From NCBI GenBank assembly GCA_000002435.2, contig CM018792.1: a stretch of 64,000 nucleotides of DNA. One strand, 5' to 3'. Origin of the DNA: Giardia intestinalis. Taxonomy: Eukaryota. The position numbers and the translations under genes are program-made. Of the stretch, positions 39,007-50,500 are shown one piece after another. The stretch's first letter is position 1. The number at the start of each line of letters is the position of its first letter. The notes beneath the pieces are model-generated. The model was not told the origin of the DNA and searched no databases. It was given only the letters and a program-made list of their open reading frames with translations.

Positions 39007-42000
39007 ATGCCCGTCACTGGCGTCAAGGTGGCCGTGCGCATTCGACCGCTCAACTCACGGGAGAAGGATATGAAGTCCAAGGTGTGCGTGGACACCCCGA
39101 CAGCAAACAGGGTAGTCATCTTTGACCCTAATGGTGATAAGAAGGCACACACGTTCATTTACGATTATGCGTACTGGTCATTGGATGGTCGGTATGAAAA
39201 AGCTACTCAGGACGTTGTCTATAGAGACCTAGGGGCTAATATTCTAAATAACGCCTTCGAAGGCTACAACTATACGATTTTTGCATATGGTCAGACAGGC
39301 TCTGGGAAATCATACACCATGATGGGATCGCTGCAGAATGAGACCGAAGCTGGCCTAATTCCTCGAGCCTGCAGGGAGCTATTTCAACGAATAGAAGCAT
39401 ACGAGGAGGCAGATCCTGCCCACACGACAGAGTTCCAGGTCTCCGTTTCCTACCTCGAAATTTACAATGAGAAACTAAAAGATCTGCTGACCTCAAAGAG
39501 TAAGCAGCGTGAGCTAAAGATCCGGCAGGATCCCAAGACCGGGGTCTTTGTGCAGGACCTCAGCCACCACGCAGTTCGCAGTGCCTTTGAGATACAGAGG
39601 CTGCTGGACATAGGCGATAAAAATAGAACGGTTGCATCAACTAATATGAATGCTACCAGCTCCCGCTCTCACTCAGTTTTTACAATCATGTTCAAGAAGA
39701 TAACTATTAAACACAATAGTTCGGGTAAGATATGTGGAAAGTCGCAGCTCTCCTCCACCATAAGTCTTGTCGACCTGGCTGGATCTGAAAGGCTTGCTTC
39801 AACGGGTTCTGTGGGCGCCCAATTTGTCGAGGGAGTGTCTATCAACCAATCTTTAACGACCCTTGGCATGGTCATTGAAGGGTTGGCCTACAATTCCAGC
39901 TGTGAGTCGAAGAAGAAGCACAAGTTCATTCCATATAGAGATTCACAACTCACATATCTTCTTCAGGATGCGCTGGGTGGGAACGCCATGACCTGCATGG
40001 TTGCTACCATCTCTCCAGCAAATATAAATTATGATGAATCTATCTCCACCCTACGGTATGCAGACAGAGCAAAGCACATTAAGAATGTCGTCCAGAAGAA
40101 CGAGACGGCACAAGAGCGTTACATTAAAGAACTGGAAGACCGTGTAAAGGAGTTGGAGAAGATGCTCATTAATGGCACGCACCCAGCTAACACCGCCGAC
40201 GCTGCTGGATCAACAGAGGGGGAGGCAGACATACGGGCCAAAATAGAGGAGTATGAGCGGCTACTTCAGGTGACGAACATCAATTATGAGAAGCAGCTCG
40301 AACAGTCTGCTCGCATTCAAAAGGATCTTGAAAAGAGACTAATTGAGATGGGAATAGAGCTCACGTACGGTGCTAAAGTTAATGTACCGTATATCTCAAA
40401 TCTGAACGCTGATTCAGCCATGTCGCACACGTTGCTATTTAAATTGGGGACCACAGAAGATCTCATGGCTCACACCGAAGTGACCACTGTTTGTGGCTTC
40501 AAAATGCAGGATACCATTCCAAGTACCTACCGAATCAAGTTGCCGTCTGTTTTGGGGGTTGCCCCGAGCCACTTTAAGGTTCGTAACACAAATAAGGTAA
40601 TAGCTATGGATAACCAGCAAGGCTATTGCCTGTATCCGAAGATGATTGCTGTCTATGTGAGTGTTCTGGATAGCAAGTACCCCATTTTCATCAACGGAGT
40701 AGAGCTCACAGTAGGCACTGAGCGGTTGCTTCAGCACGGGGATCGAATCCTCTGTGGGGCTTGTCTGGAATCCTCCTTCTTCTGCTACAATGACCCTATA
40801 GCAGTTAAGTATGCCAATGACAAGGCGAAAGCATCAAGCCTTACGTTTGTTCCGCCGGAGATCACGTGGGACATGGCTCACGAGGAGTATATGAAGCACC
40901 AAACAGGTGGAGACGACGTAGAGGAGGAGAACCCGTTGCGCGTCGAGGGAAGCTTTTTAGCATCTCCACAGACACACCAGGAGGACGGTGCAGATCTAGG
41001 CAAGGTGCCAGAGGCTAGGCGTGGAGCAGAGGATCATGCTTCAAAGGATGACCTCCGTACAGAGGGCGAGAAGAATGTGCACAGAGCTATCAAGAAAATG
41101 TACCCGTATATCTGCGAGGCCAATGCGCTTGCAGACTTTTTTGACTATCATACTCGTTTTTCTCTGGAGATCCGCAGTTTAATTGAGCCAGATCAGGAAT
41201 CCAATATGCGCCCCATCAGGAAGAACGCTATAGAGGTTGTGGTAACAGATATAGATGAAAATCCCAACACGGGGGAGGTTTCTGCTATCAAGCAGACGTG
41301 GAGTGTCAATAAGTTTATTCAGCGCTTTACAATTATGAAAAATATGTATGAACACGCCATCCAGTGCGACAGCAAGGAGATTGCCCTTGAGTATGCACGG
41401 GAGCGCTGTAATAGCGATGACTACACTGCAGACGAGTTCCCCTTTGACTTTGACGCGGTTGACGAGATCCGCTTCACTGCTCACCTCATAGGTACATGCC
41501 GTCTCTGCTTGAAAGATATCATCTTCAAGGATGTTCACGTTCAAGGTCGTCTCCAGTTCTCGGATTATCGTGGACGCCCAATGTCAGAAGTCGATTCAGA
41601 AGTGGACAGAGCTATTTCAAATGCAGATCACTACGACGACATTGCGCTGGACGATGTATCCAACGTCTCCATTCGCTTCCACTTTCACAAGGCTTACGGG
41701 GTCCCCGTTATTTACACCAAGAATGTGCATGTAGTGGTCCATTATCCCTCGTTCATGGCGAACTCTGAGAGGCCGGATTGCAGGCTTACAGAGGCCCAGG
41801 AAAACACATTTCGCCGGAAGCTTCTGGCAAACGACTGCGGGATAGCATCGAAGCCTAGCGTGGAGATCAGTATCAATCCCCTTCTTGACAGCATAGTCTA
41901 CATAGATATACCCGCTAAGTATTTCGCCGACCCCGCTGTCAAGGAATGGCTCCTAGACTCTAAGAATGGGATTCTTCTATCCTTGTATGGATACAACAGC

Positions 42001-42228
42001 AACATTTACGACACATCAACGCCTGTTTCACACATTGAAGCTCCTACACCAATCCATGAGATCCCAATTCAAAATGACGCCGATTCAGCCCAAAAAGGGA
42101 AGGTAACCATCAACGCCCGGAATGTAATTAAAACGCAGCAGATGCCCGACAAGGAAGAGGAGGCAGAGGATGGCTCAAAGATAATAGTTCGTCGGCAGAT
42201 ATTCTTCATAGACATCAATAAGAGGTAG
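39007..42228 (+). CDS. Kinesin-3 family motor protein (1073 aa) with N-terminal motor domain and probable FHA-like segment
   Basis: MPVTGVKVAVRIRPLNSREK start typical of KIF1/Unc104, P-loop GQTGSGKSYTM, switch I SSRSHSVF, switch II LVDLAGSER, neck coiled coil (ELEDRVKELEKML), then YPIFINGVELTVGTERLLQHGDRILCG. Confidence 0.9.
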   Translation: MPVTGVKVAVRIRPLNSREKDMKSKVCVDTPTANRVVIFDPNGDKKAHTFIYDYAYWSLDGRYEKATQDVVYRDLGANILNNAFEGYNYTIFAYGQTGSGKSYTMMGSLQNETEAGLIPRACRELFQRIEAYEEADPAHTTEFQVSVSYLEIYNEKLKDLLTSKSKQRELKIRQDPKTGVFVQDLSHHAVRSAFEIQRLLDIGDKNRTVASTNMNATSSRSHSVFTIMFKKITIKHNSSGKICGKSQLSSTISLVDLAGSERLASTGSVGAQFVEGVSINQSLTTLGMVIEGLAYNSSCESKKKHKFIPYRDSQLTYLLQDALGGNAMTCMVATISPANINYDESISTLRYADRAKHIKNVVQKNETAQERYIKELEDRVKELEKMLINGTHPANTADAAGSTEGEADIRAKIEEYERLLQVTNINYEKQLEQSARIQKDLEKRLIEMGIELTYGAKVNVPYISNLNADSAMSHTLLFKLGTTEDLMAHTEVTTVCGFKMQDTIPSTYRIKLPSVLGVAPSHFKVRNTNKVIAMDNQQGYCLYPKMIAVYVSVLDSKYPIFINGVELTVGTERLLQHGDRILCGACLESSFFCYNDPIAVKYANDKAKASSLTFVPPEITWDMAHEEYMKHQTGGDDVEEENPLRVEGSFLASPQTHQEDGADLGKVPEARRGAEDHASKDDLRTEGEKNVHRAIKKMYPYICEANALADFFDYHTRFSLEIRSLIEPDQESNMRPIRKNAIEVVVTDIDENPNTGEVSAIKQTWSVNKFIQRFTIMKNMYEHAIQCDSKEIALEYARERCNSDDYTADEFPFDFDAVDEIRFTAHLIGTCRLCLKDIIFKDVHVQGRLQFSDYRGRPMSEVDSEVDRAISNADHYDDIALDDVSNVSIRFHFHKAYGVPVIYTKNVHVVVHYPSFMANSERPDCRLTEAQENTFRRKLLANDCGIASKPSVEISINPLLDSIVYIDIPAKYFADPAVKEWLLDSKNGILLSLYGYNSNIYDTSTPVSHIEAPTPIHEIPIQNDADSAQKGKVTINARNVIKTQQMPDKEEEAEDGSKIIVRRQIFFIDINKR

Positions 42229-42242
42229 AACAACAGGTTGTC

Positions 42243-43991
42243 TTAGTGCATGTTATCGTTCCCCTCCTTCTTGGACTCAAAGACACAATCCATCCCCTTG
42301 AAGTTCCAAAGGGGCTTCCACTGGTCGATGATTGTACATGTTCCTTGAATATGCTTTGTGATGTGGGCCACGGGCTTATATGCATCCGGGGCCTCATCAA
42401 TAACCTCTTGCTGCAGGCATGTTGAGTAAATGCCCTTCATTTGCTCGATGACCGTTTCCAGCTTGATGCTCCGCTTTGCTGCTATGCGTGACATTATTCG
42501 ACCTGCGCCGTGGGGTGCCGTACAGTTCCAATCTGGGTTTCCTAAACCCTTGCAAACGAGGATACCATCTCGCATATTCATGGGGATAATAAGAATGTCG
42601 TCCTTGTTTGCTCGAATGGACCCCTTGCGCATTATTTTAGATTGTAAGTCAATGTAATTATGAATGCAATCTGTGTAAAATAGCGAATCCATGAATGTAG
42701 CAATTGCCTGAGCACGGATGCCAGGATCAAAGTCGTCGTCCCAAATTCCACGCGCCTGGACGGGTATACCAGAAAGAGAGCAATATATGTTAAAGGCTAT
42801 GACTAGACGGTTCAGCTTCGCAAACAATTGGCAAAACTTCATGGCGCGAAGATAGTCCTCGGCTCCTAAAGACTGGTAAAGACACGCGACATTAGGGTTC
42901 TTCACTAGTATCGCTTTGTACGCTTCTATGTCTTCTTCAGTAGTGCCTAAAGGAAAGACACTAAGGTAGTCGTATGAAGACGCAACGAGTTTGCAGCGGC
43001 TTAGATACTCCACAGCTCGGGCATTGATTCGGCGCGTGAGCTCGGCCTTGTACTCTTTGACAGGCAACGCTTGGGCGGAAGCATCCTGTTTTAGCTCCTC
43101 TTGGATCTCATCCCGCAACTTCAAATAGAATGCCTTTTTATCCTCAGCAGAAATAGGTAAGGTGAGACCGGGATTCTCGGCCGATAACTCAGTAGGCATC
43201 TTCTTCAATGCCTGAAGATTGTTGAACAGGAGCTTAAAGAAAGGGGATGTATCATTCACCAGGAGCTCAGCTGGCTCTATCCCCAAAAGAACCTTTGTGA
43301 CAATCTCCGCTGCAGATATGAACTTGGACGCGATGGCCCCGCCAAGACCTCTACTGCCAGAGTGGACAACTATGTAACCTTCACCGCTCTTTGCCGAATC
43401 AAGCTCGACAAAGTGGTTCCCAGAGCCTAAAGTCCCACAGCACTTCATCAAACTATGGAACGTAAACCTCAAGTCCAGATAGTCATGCCAGTATTCGAAT
43501 TCGGCAACAAAGTCGTCATAGCTAAGTAGTCCAGATGCCTCTGGACAGTATTTGGACAGGCACGGCAAGAGATGTGATAGCATTCGCTTAAACCGGGCTT
43601 CCGAAACGTCTTGATGGAATCCAGTGGGACCCCCAGGAACGGCATGTTTTCCATAATATCCTGCTGGGACTTCTTTGTGTACAATCTCATCTAAGTTCTT
43701 CAAGAACGATTGGTCACTGATCTTCCCCTCATATGGTTCTAATAGTTTATTGGGGAGCCGTATGACAAACATTCCACACCCTATATCGACGCCTATGATG
43801 CTAGGAATAATACAGGTATCGTAAGGCGCGGAGAATCCCACAATTGTTCCTTTGCCTGAATGACAATCCGGCATGACCCTTATCGGTTGGTTGACAAAAA
43901 AGGGGAGTTTCGCCAGTTCTTTCAACATTGCAATCGTGCCGTCCTCTGGCTGCTCGGCAAAGATCTTAACATTGGATGGTAGCGATGTCAT
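42243..43991 (-). CDS. RTCB: RtcB/HSPC117-family RNA (tRNA) splicing ligase, 582 aa
   Basis: RtcB signatures MPDCHSGKG, IGVDIGCGM, GSGNHFVELD, APHGAGRIMSR. ATG at 43989-43991 (minus). Somewhat longer than the typical ~500 aa (insertions). Confidence 0.9.
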   Translation of the reverse strand: MTSLPSNVKIFAEQPEDGTIAMLKELAKLPFFVNQPIRVMPDCHSGKGTIVGFSAPYDTCIIPSIIGVDIGCGMFVIRLPNKLLEPYEGKISDQSFLKNLDEIVHKEVPAGYYGKHAVPGGPTGFHQDVSEARFKRMLSHLLPCLSKYCPEASGLLSYDDFVAEFEYWHDYLDLRFTFHSLMKCCGTLGSGNHFVELDSAKSGEGYIVVHSGSRGLGGAIASKFISAAEIVTKVLLGIEPAELLVNDTSPFFKLLFNNLQALKKMPTELSAENPGLTLPISAEDKKAFYLKLRDEIQEELKQDASAQALPVKEYKAELTRRINARAVEYLSRCKLVASSYDYLSVFPLGTTEEDIEAYKAILVKNPNVACLYQSLGAEDYLRAMKFCQLFAKLNRLVIAFNIYCSLSGIPVQARGIWDDDFDPGIRAQAIATFMDSLFYTDCIHNYIDLQSKIMRKGSIRANKDDILIIPMNMRDGILVCKGLGNPDWNCTAPHGAGRIMSRIAAKRSIKLETVIEQMKGIYSTCLQQEVIDEAPDAYKPVAHITKHIQGTCTIIDQWKPLWNFKGMDCVFESKKEGNDNMH

Positions 43992-44368
43992 GGGAAATTG
44001 CTTTTTGTGAAATGATCTTTTACATAAAGCTTTTAGTCATGTGGGAGGGGCTACGGCACTATCGCACTCCACTAAGTCAAGAGGCATGTGTTCATGTCTA
44101 CCATAAATGGCGGAGTACATGGACATTTCAACTAGTATTTGTTACGCTGCTATCTTCTTCGTAGTTGCCATATTGTGAATAGCACAATCACTATTTACAC
44201 AAATGCTGTTTACTTCCCTACAAATTTGACATTTTATATGAAGGCGCAGATCAGCAATATTTTTCACCACATCTATTAAGCCATCGTCCCCTTTAGACAT
44301 AAGTGGAGTAGACACTCTCATTTGAACATGTCTTAAATGGCACAGGCTGGAGCTTTGACAAAAAAGAA

Positions 44369-47300
44369 ATGCCGGTGACAGGGGTCAAGGTCGCGGTGCG
44401 CGTCCGGCCGTTCAACGCGCGCGAGAAGAAGGAGGCGGCGCGGCTCTGCGTCGACATGCCGGGCGGGGGGAAGGTCGTCCTCCGGGACGCAGACGCGAAG
44501 AAGCCCGACGCGGCGTTCGTCTACGACCACGCGTACTGGTCCCACGACGCGAGCCGCCCGTGCGCGACCCAGGACACGGTCTACGCAGACATCGGGCCGA
44601 GCGTCCTCGACAACGCGTTCGAGGGCTACAACTACACGCTCTTCGCGTACGGCCAGACGGGCTCCGGGAAGTCGTACTCGATGATGGGCGCGCCCGCGAG
44701 CGAGGCCGACGCAGGGATCATCCCGCGGGTCGGGCGCGAGCTCTTCCGCCGCGCCGCCGCCTCGCCCGCCGAGACGCAGGTCTCCGTCTCGTTCCTCGAG
44801 ATCTACAACGAGCGGCTCCGGGACCTCCTCGTCCCCGCCGCGGGCGCCCAGGAGCTCCGGATCCGCCAGGACCCCGCGGCGGGCGTCTTCGTCCAGAACC
44901 TCAGCCACCACGCGGTCGCCGACTACGACGCGATCCAGCGCCTGATCGAGCTCGGGGACCGGAACCGGACGGTCGCGGCGACGAACATGAACGCGACGAG
45001 CTCGCGCTCGCACTCCGTCTTCGCGATCGAGGTCGTCCAGACGGCGGTCCTCCGGAACGACGCGGGCGAGGAGGTCGGGCGCCACGTCAAGCGCGCCCGG
45101 GTGAGCCTCGTCGACCTCGCGGGGTCCGAGCGCCAGGGCAAGACGGGCGCGACGGGCGACCGCCTGACGGAGGGCATCAGCATCAACAAGTCCCTGACGA
45201 CCCTCGGGCGCGTCATCGAGGCGCTCGCGTACAACACGACCGCGGAGGGCCGCCGGAAGCCCCAGCACGTCCCGTACCGCGACTCCCAGCTGACGTACCT
45301 CCTCCAGCCCGCGCTCGGGGGCAACTCGATGACGTGCATGATCGCCGCGATCTCGCCTGCGTCGACGAACTACGACGAGAGCCTCTCGACCCTCCGCTAC
45401 GCAGACCGCGCCCACCAGATCGAGAACACCGTCACGAAGAACGAGTCTGCCCAGGAGAAGTACATCCGCGAGCTCGAGGACCGCGTCAAGGAGCTCGAGG
45501 CCCTCCTCGCCGGGGGCGCCCCCGCCGGGGACGCAGGTGCCGGCAATGATGCGTCAAGCACTAACGTTTCCCAAATGCAGGATATCCTTGAAGAGTATAA
45601 GCGCATGCTTGACGAGGCAAACGTTGATAATGCAAAACGCCTCGAGGACGCAGAAAGAGAAAACAAGGCTTTGGAAGAAAGCCTCAACCAATTTGGTCTG
45701 TTAAAAGACTCTCCAACTCACTCCTACCTTCTCTCTCTTAATGAAGATCCTTTGCTTTCTGGCTTGCTGCGTTACAGAATCGTAGGAAAAGAGACAGACA
45801 AGAGTCATTACGTTGCTGTGTTCGGAAATCAAGAGACTGAAAACCCGAAGTTTGATGATTCCATCGTGCTTGCCAACAAGCTTGGCCTTGAATTCGAGCA
45901 TTTCACCATCACATATACAGCTACTGACAATAAGTATGTCCTTGCGTGCCTTTCTGAGACAGAACCTGTCATGCTTAATGGTGATTATCAGCTTCATGAC
46001 ATGGAGCCTGCTACTCTCTTCCACGGAGACTTCCTTAAGTGCGGAGATGGTAACGGAGCATACTACGTGTTTGTCGATCCTAAGCAACAAGAGGCCAATC
46101 CTCTTCAGATATCTCTGCTCTATGATGAGGCGGTCTCCCAGTTTGTTTCAAAGAATGGGACTATTAATCCATTGAACAAGCTTCCTGATCAATACACAGA
46201 GGAGGAGCAACACTCTACAGATGGCCAGCCTGCACAAGATGAACAGGTTTCACCGCCTTCCAGCTCCATCGATATAGAGCGCAATAAGCAGCGCCTCAAG
46301 GAAAAAGAGAAGTATCTACAGATACGTGATGAGATGCTTGATCTATTCCCCAAGCTTTGTGAGGCATCCCAGTTGGCTCGCTATTTCGGCCAGCAGATTG
46401 AGTATTCCATGGACTACGCCACTACCATTGAACAAACAAAGTCTGGATTTCCTAGTTTGAACTACGAGATATCAGTCCAGGCCTCCGTGCGGGTGTATAA
46501 TCCTGGGTTTGAAGAGTACACAAGTGATATCCACACGTGGTCGGTCACTAAGTTCCTGCGCAAGTATTCGGCACTACGTGCTCTCTTCTCCCACGCAGTG
46601 GAAATCAACGATAAGGCCAAGGCTATTGAAGACATGGAGCGTGAGCTCGCGAATGACCCGTGTCTTGGTCTTGATCATCCATTTAGGATGGATGAATCAG
46701 CCCTTCCGGAGTATGATGAATGGACACACTTCATTGGAGAGCTTCAGCTGAATATAGCAGACCTGTGCAAGACTTACACCATTTCTCGTAGACGCCTGCC
46801 AATCTTGAACCCTACTACCCGCGAGGTCATCAGCGATGTAGAATTAGAGGCCTGTATCCCTAATCCTTGCAAGCATGATGGATATGAATGTGAGGCCTTC
46901 GCCGATAGGGTCCTTAAAGTTGGGGAACCATGCTCCATATCAATCTATGTTCACAGGCTCTATGGCATCAAGCCTTTGTATAACGCCAATGTCCATGCCG
47001 TAGTTCACAAGCCGGCGTACTTGGGTATTCCTAACTCCACCCGTCCAAACCGAACGATGACGCCCCAGGAAGAGGACAGGTATCGTAATTTCATCCTGAG
47101 CACAAACCGAGCCGTAGCTTCAAACTGTTCGGGAGAGGTGTCGATAAATCCGCACGTTCGCTCGTGGGTTACTCTAGATCTACCTCCTATCAGTCAAGAA
47201 GGCTATGACTACTTCAGCAGCGGAAAGCCTCTCTATATCTCCTTCTACGGATACTACACCCAGGTCAAGAAGCAGATCCAGAATTCTGCTATTTATAACA

Positions 47301-47449
47301 CAAAGGAAAACACTCTTCACATCCATAAACGCAACATTATTGCAACGAAAATGGGTCCTGTGACCACCGAGGTCCGCGACGGAAAAGAGATCAAGACCAA
47401 GGCAGAATTTTATTTCATCGACATCAATGGACCCTGTGGGGCCGAGTAA
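44369..47449 (+). CDS. Kinesin-3 family motor protein, paralog of 39007-42228 (1026 aa); motor+neck region encoded in extremely GC-rich codons
   Basis: MPVTGVKVAVRVRPFNAREK, GQTGSGKSYSM, SSRSHSVF, LVDLAGSER, ELEDRVKELEALL. Tail regions are also collinear with the first kinesin (NVHAVVHKP.. versus NVHVVVHYP.., ..FYFIDIN.. versus ..IFFIDIN..). Confidence 0.9.
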   Translation: MPVTGVKVAVRVRPFNAREKKEAARLCVDMPGGGKVVLRDADAKKPDAAFVYDHAYWSHDASRPCATQDTVYADIGPSVLDNAFEGYNYTLFAYGQTGSGKSYSMMGAPASEADAGIIPRVGRELFRRAAASPAETQVSVSFLEIYNERLRDLLVPAAGAQELRIRQDPAAGVFVQNLSHHAVADYDAIQRLIELGDRNRTVAATNMNATSSRSHSVFAIEVVQTAVLRNDAGEEVGRHVKRARVSLVDLAGSERQGKTGATGDRLTEGISINKSLTTLGRVIEALAYNTTAEGRRKPQHVPYRDSQLTYLLQPALGGNSMTCMIAAISPASTNYDESLSTLRYADRAHQIENTVTKNESAQEKYIRELEDRVKELEALLAGGAPAGDAGAGNDASSTNVSQMQDILEEYKRMLDEANVDNAKRLEDAERENKALEESLNQFGLLKDSPTHSYLLSLNEDPLLSGLLRYRIVGKETDKSHYVAVFGNQETENPKFDDSIVLANKLGLEFEHFTITYTATDNKYVLACLSETEPVMLNGDYQLHDMEPATLFHGDFLKCGDGNGAYYVFVDPKQQEANPLQISLLYDEAVSQFVSKNGTINPLNKLPDQYTEEEQHSTDGQPAQDEQVSPPSSSIDIERNKQRLKEKEKYLQIRDEMLDLFPKLCEASQLARYFGQQIEYSMDYATTIEQTKSGFPSLNYEISVQASVRVYNPGFEEYTSDIHTWSVTKFLRKYSALRALFSHAVEINDKAKAIEDMERELANDPCLGLDHPFRMDESALPEYDEWTHFIGELQLNIADLCKTYTISRRRLPILNPTTREVISDVELEACIPNPCKHDGYECEAFADRVLKVGEPCSISIYVHRLYGIKPLYNANVHAVVHKPAYLGIPNSTRPNRTMTPQEEDRYRNFILSTNRAVASNCSGEVSINPHVRSWVTLDLPPISQEGYDYFSSGKPLYISFYGYYTQVKKQIQNSAIYNTKENTLHIHKRNIIATKMGPVTTEVRDGKEIKTKAEFYFIDINGPCGAE

Positions 47450-47502
47450 ACCTTTGATATCCAGCTGAGTGAGTTGTGGTCGGAGTTTCTTGTAACATTA
47501 AT

Positions 47503-50500
47503 ATGGGAAGTGAACGAAATCTAAAAAACGCGAATACGGAAATGGACGTTCTCAAGACGTGTCGCTATAATGACTCCTCCTACATAGGTAGTGGGGGACT
47601 TGGCGATGTATATCGGGCAACAAGCGCCAGTTCTGGTGTGAAGGTCGCGGTACGGAGGGTGGATATATCCAAGCTATCCAAAGAAGCCTGGGCAGAGCTT
47701 TCCACCATTTGTAAGCCCTACACCAATCTTATTCATCCGAACCTAGTAAGATACTATAGCGTAACCATAGAGCAGCCCTTCCAACAACTTCTTTTGGAAA
47801 TGGAACTATGTAACGGTGGCTCTCTTCAGGATGTAATCAAAAAGATGCGGTCCGATGGGACGTCGTTTGATGAGGAAACTGTTTGGAGCATAGCCTCACA
47901 GATTGCCGCCGGGCTTTCATGGCTCCACAGCCCATTCAATGGGGTGGGGGTTGTACCTCACTGTAATATAAAGCCCTCTAACATTCTTATAGGCAGTCAA
48001 GGCGTCTTTAAGTTGACTGATTTCGGTTTACAGCACGTGCCATTTAGCAGAACCATCCCCACAAGCCAATCAGGATCGGCGCTGTATCGTGCACCGGAAC
48101 TGCGGGACGGAGCCAGCGCACCGTCGATACGATCAGATATATGGTCGTTTGGTTTGCTTCTTTGGACAATGTGTACACTCCGCCACCCTCTATTTAATCT
48201 GGATGAAGTGACAGAGGAGCCTTCTATTCGTCTCCCAACATATTCCCAAGTACTCAATGATTTAATCGAGGGTTGCCTTCGTATCAACCCTACTAGTAGA
48301 CTTACAATTACCGAAGTGGTTTCGCGCATACGCGCTAACGTGCCAACTTCACACTCTAGATCCAGCTCTACTGCACGGGCTGATACACGGACTGCCTTTC
48401 AATATAAAAACACCAACAATCTACAACCTGAAATCACAAATGAAATAGTGTCTAACGCTACCTACCTAATGAGTAGTAGGCCACGCTCCGCAACTATGGC
48501 CAAGAAGAGCCGCGTTTTTGCTGATGATCCGACTGACCAATCCATCTCTACCCCTGTTACTGGCCCAGAGCAGAAGCTAACTTCCATTCGGCCCATGAGT
48601 GGTCGCGCCTCCACATTTTCCAGAAGCAACACAGATTTATCTGTCTCACAGCAGGTCGAATGCTCGGCTCTGTTAAAACAGGACCAGCTCCCAGTAGCTA
48701 CACCCAACGGGCCAGCTTCTCTCAACATCATGAGCCGCTCTCAGGCCCCTCGAGGCAATCATGATAAGTCGGGCATGCAAGCCATGGTATCCTCTACTGC
48801 TGAGGCTAGTGAGACAGTGATTCAGTCTCGGAATAAAAACCTGGCTGAATCCTTGCGCTTTCAAGGCGCATTTCCTGTTGCTCGAGAGCGACCGCTTCAA
48901 CCAGGTGTTGGCAGACCCGTACCTACTGTTTATAGTACTACGCCATCTCCCTCTTGTCCTGTGTCTGAGCCAATTGAAGATGGACTCCGAGGCGAAGAAG
49001 ACGCTCTCTACACGAGTGGAGCTGCCATTCCTCCTGCTGCTTCAAACGAGCCGCGTGCTGAAGTTAACGACCTGCCCCACACTTTACCTGAGCAGGACGT
49101 TCCACTGAGTCCTATTGTAGATAGCCTACTTATGGCCGCACAAAATTCGCGCTCTGCGTCTCGCGCAGATAGTCGCAGTGTAAAACGTGTGCCCAAGCAT
49201 ATGTCGACTACGGAGTCGTCTATAGTTCAGCAGCCATCTCTGAAAGAATCTTTGTCCGCACCTCAAGTTTCGGGGGCCTCCGATGACGAACTATCCCGGG
49301 CAATTCTCTCAAATGACTGCAACTACTTTTCGATCGTTTTGCAAAAGCTCTATGGTGACCTTTTATCCCAGGAACTTCTTGAGTCTTGTTTCAAGCAAGC
49401 TATAGCTTTCTCTGCTCACTTGGTGCTTCCAATTCTAGCAGAGAATCTCTTAGCAGCTGGAATAAAGATCAAGACCGGCTTTGGACTAGAATCGCGACAG
49501 GGCGTGGATGTAGATTTTCCCAGCGAGCTGATGATTGCCGCGCAAAAAGGTGACGCGGGATTGGTTCGTGCCAGCCTTCGTGACATGGGGCAAATCTACA
49601 AAAATCGGACAGCTCTAATGCTCGCTGCAGAACATGGCTCTGTTGAGTGCATCAAGCTATTGCTGGGAGAGTTGGCGATACAAAATTCAATGGGGGAGAC
49701 GGCTCTTGTTCTCGCAGCTAAGAAGGGGTACGTTGATTGCATCTCTCTCTTGCACGCAGAAGGAAATCTAACCTACTCGGAGTATGATAAGTTTTCTGAC
49801 GGCGCACTCGTCTCTGGATTGACGCCCCTTATGGCATCTATTCGAAGCGGCCAGAGACACTGCATTCATGAATTCCAATATCTTCTTAAGCGACAAGCAA
49901 GCAATGGAGCAACAAGTCTGATGTATGCTGTACTGGGCGAGCTGGATGCCTGCATACCATATTTGGTGGATGAGTGTCGGATCACCGATAACCTTGGCGA
50001 GTCAGCACTCATGAAAGCAGTCGATGGCCCAAGCATGCAGGTTGTCGAGTTCCTAAGCAAGTACGAAGGAGGAATCCAGGACATAGAAGGGAGAACGGCG
50101 CTTCTACGTGCTATTCAGAACAAGAATGTAACATATGTCAAGGCCATGCTTCGCATTCAGAAGCAGTCGTCGGAGCGTGACATAGGGCTGGTTGCAAACG
50201 ATGGGACCACGCTTTTCACTGCAGCAATCAAAAGTGGTTCAGAAAACCTTATTTATCTACTCAATGCCGAGGACATGTCTGCGTCAAAATATCTCCGTTC
50301 AGGTGCGCGTTCTGCAAACATACAGAATGTTCAGCAGTCAGGGTCGGTTATTAAACTAGAAAACCCCAGCGAAGACACAGCTCAGCAAGGATCTGTTCAA
50401 CACACGCCTCAGCAGACACACCAAACGTTGGCTGAGAGGCTACAAGCGGTCAACAATTCACTTGCATCAGCCCAGCCTTCCTTATCCAAAGAACTACTCG

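Noticed and set aside
44333-45549. 360-aa minus-strand ORF and 329-aa + strand ORF overlapping the second kinesin motor domain
   Set aside because: They are Arg/Pro/Gly-rich nonsense translations produced by the stop-codon-poor GC3-saturated block. The kinesin frame has full motor-domain motifs.
47476-47502. ORF-track starts at GTG (47476, 17915-17917, 58781)
   Set aside because: Eukaryotic nuclear genes start at ATG. I moved the starts to the first in-frame ATG (47503, 17896, 58853). Flagged 58781 separately because the upstream frame stays open.
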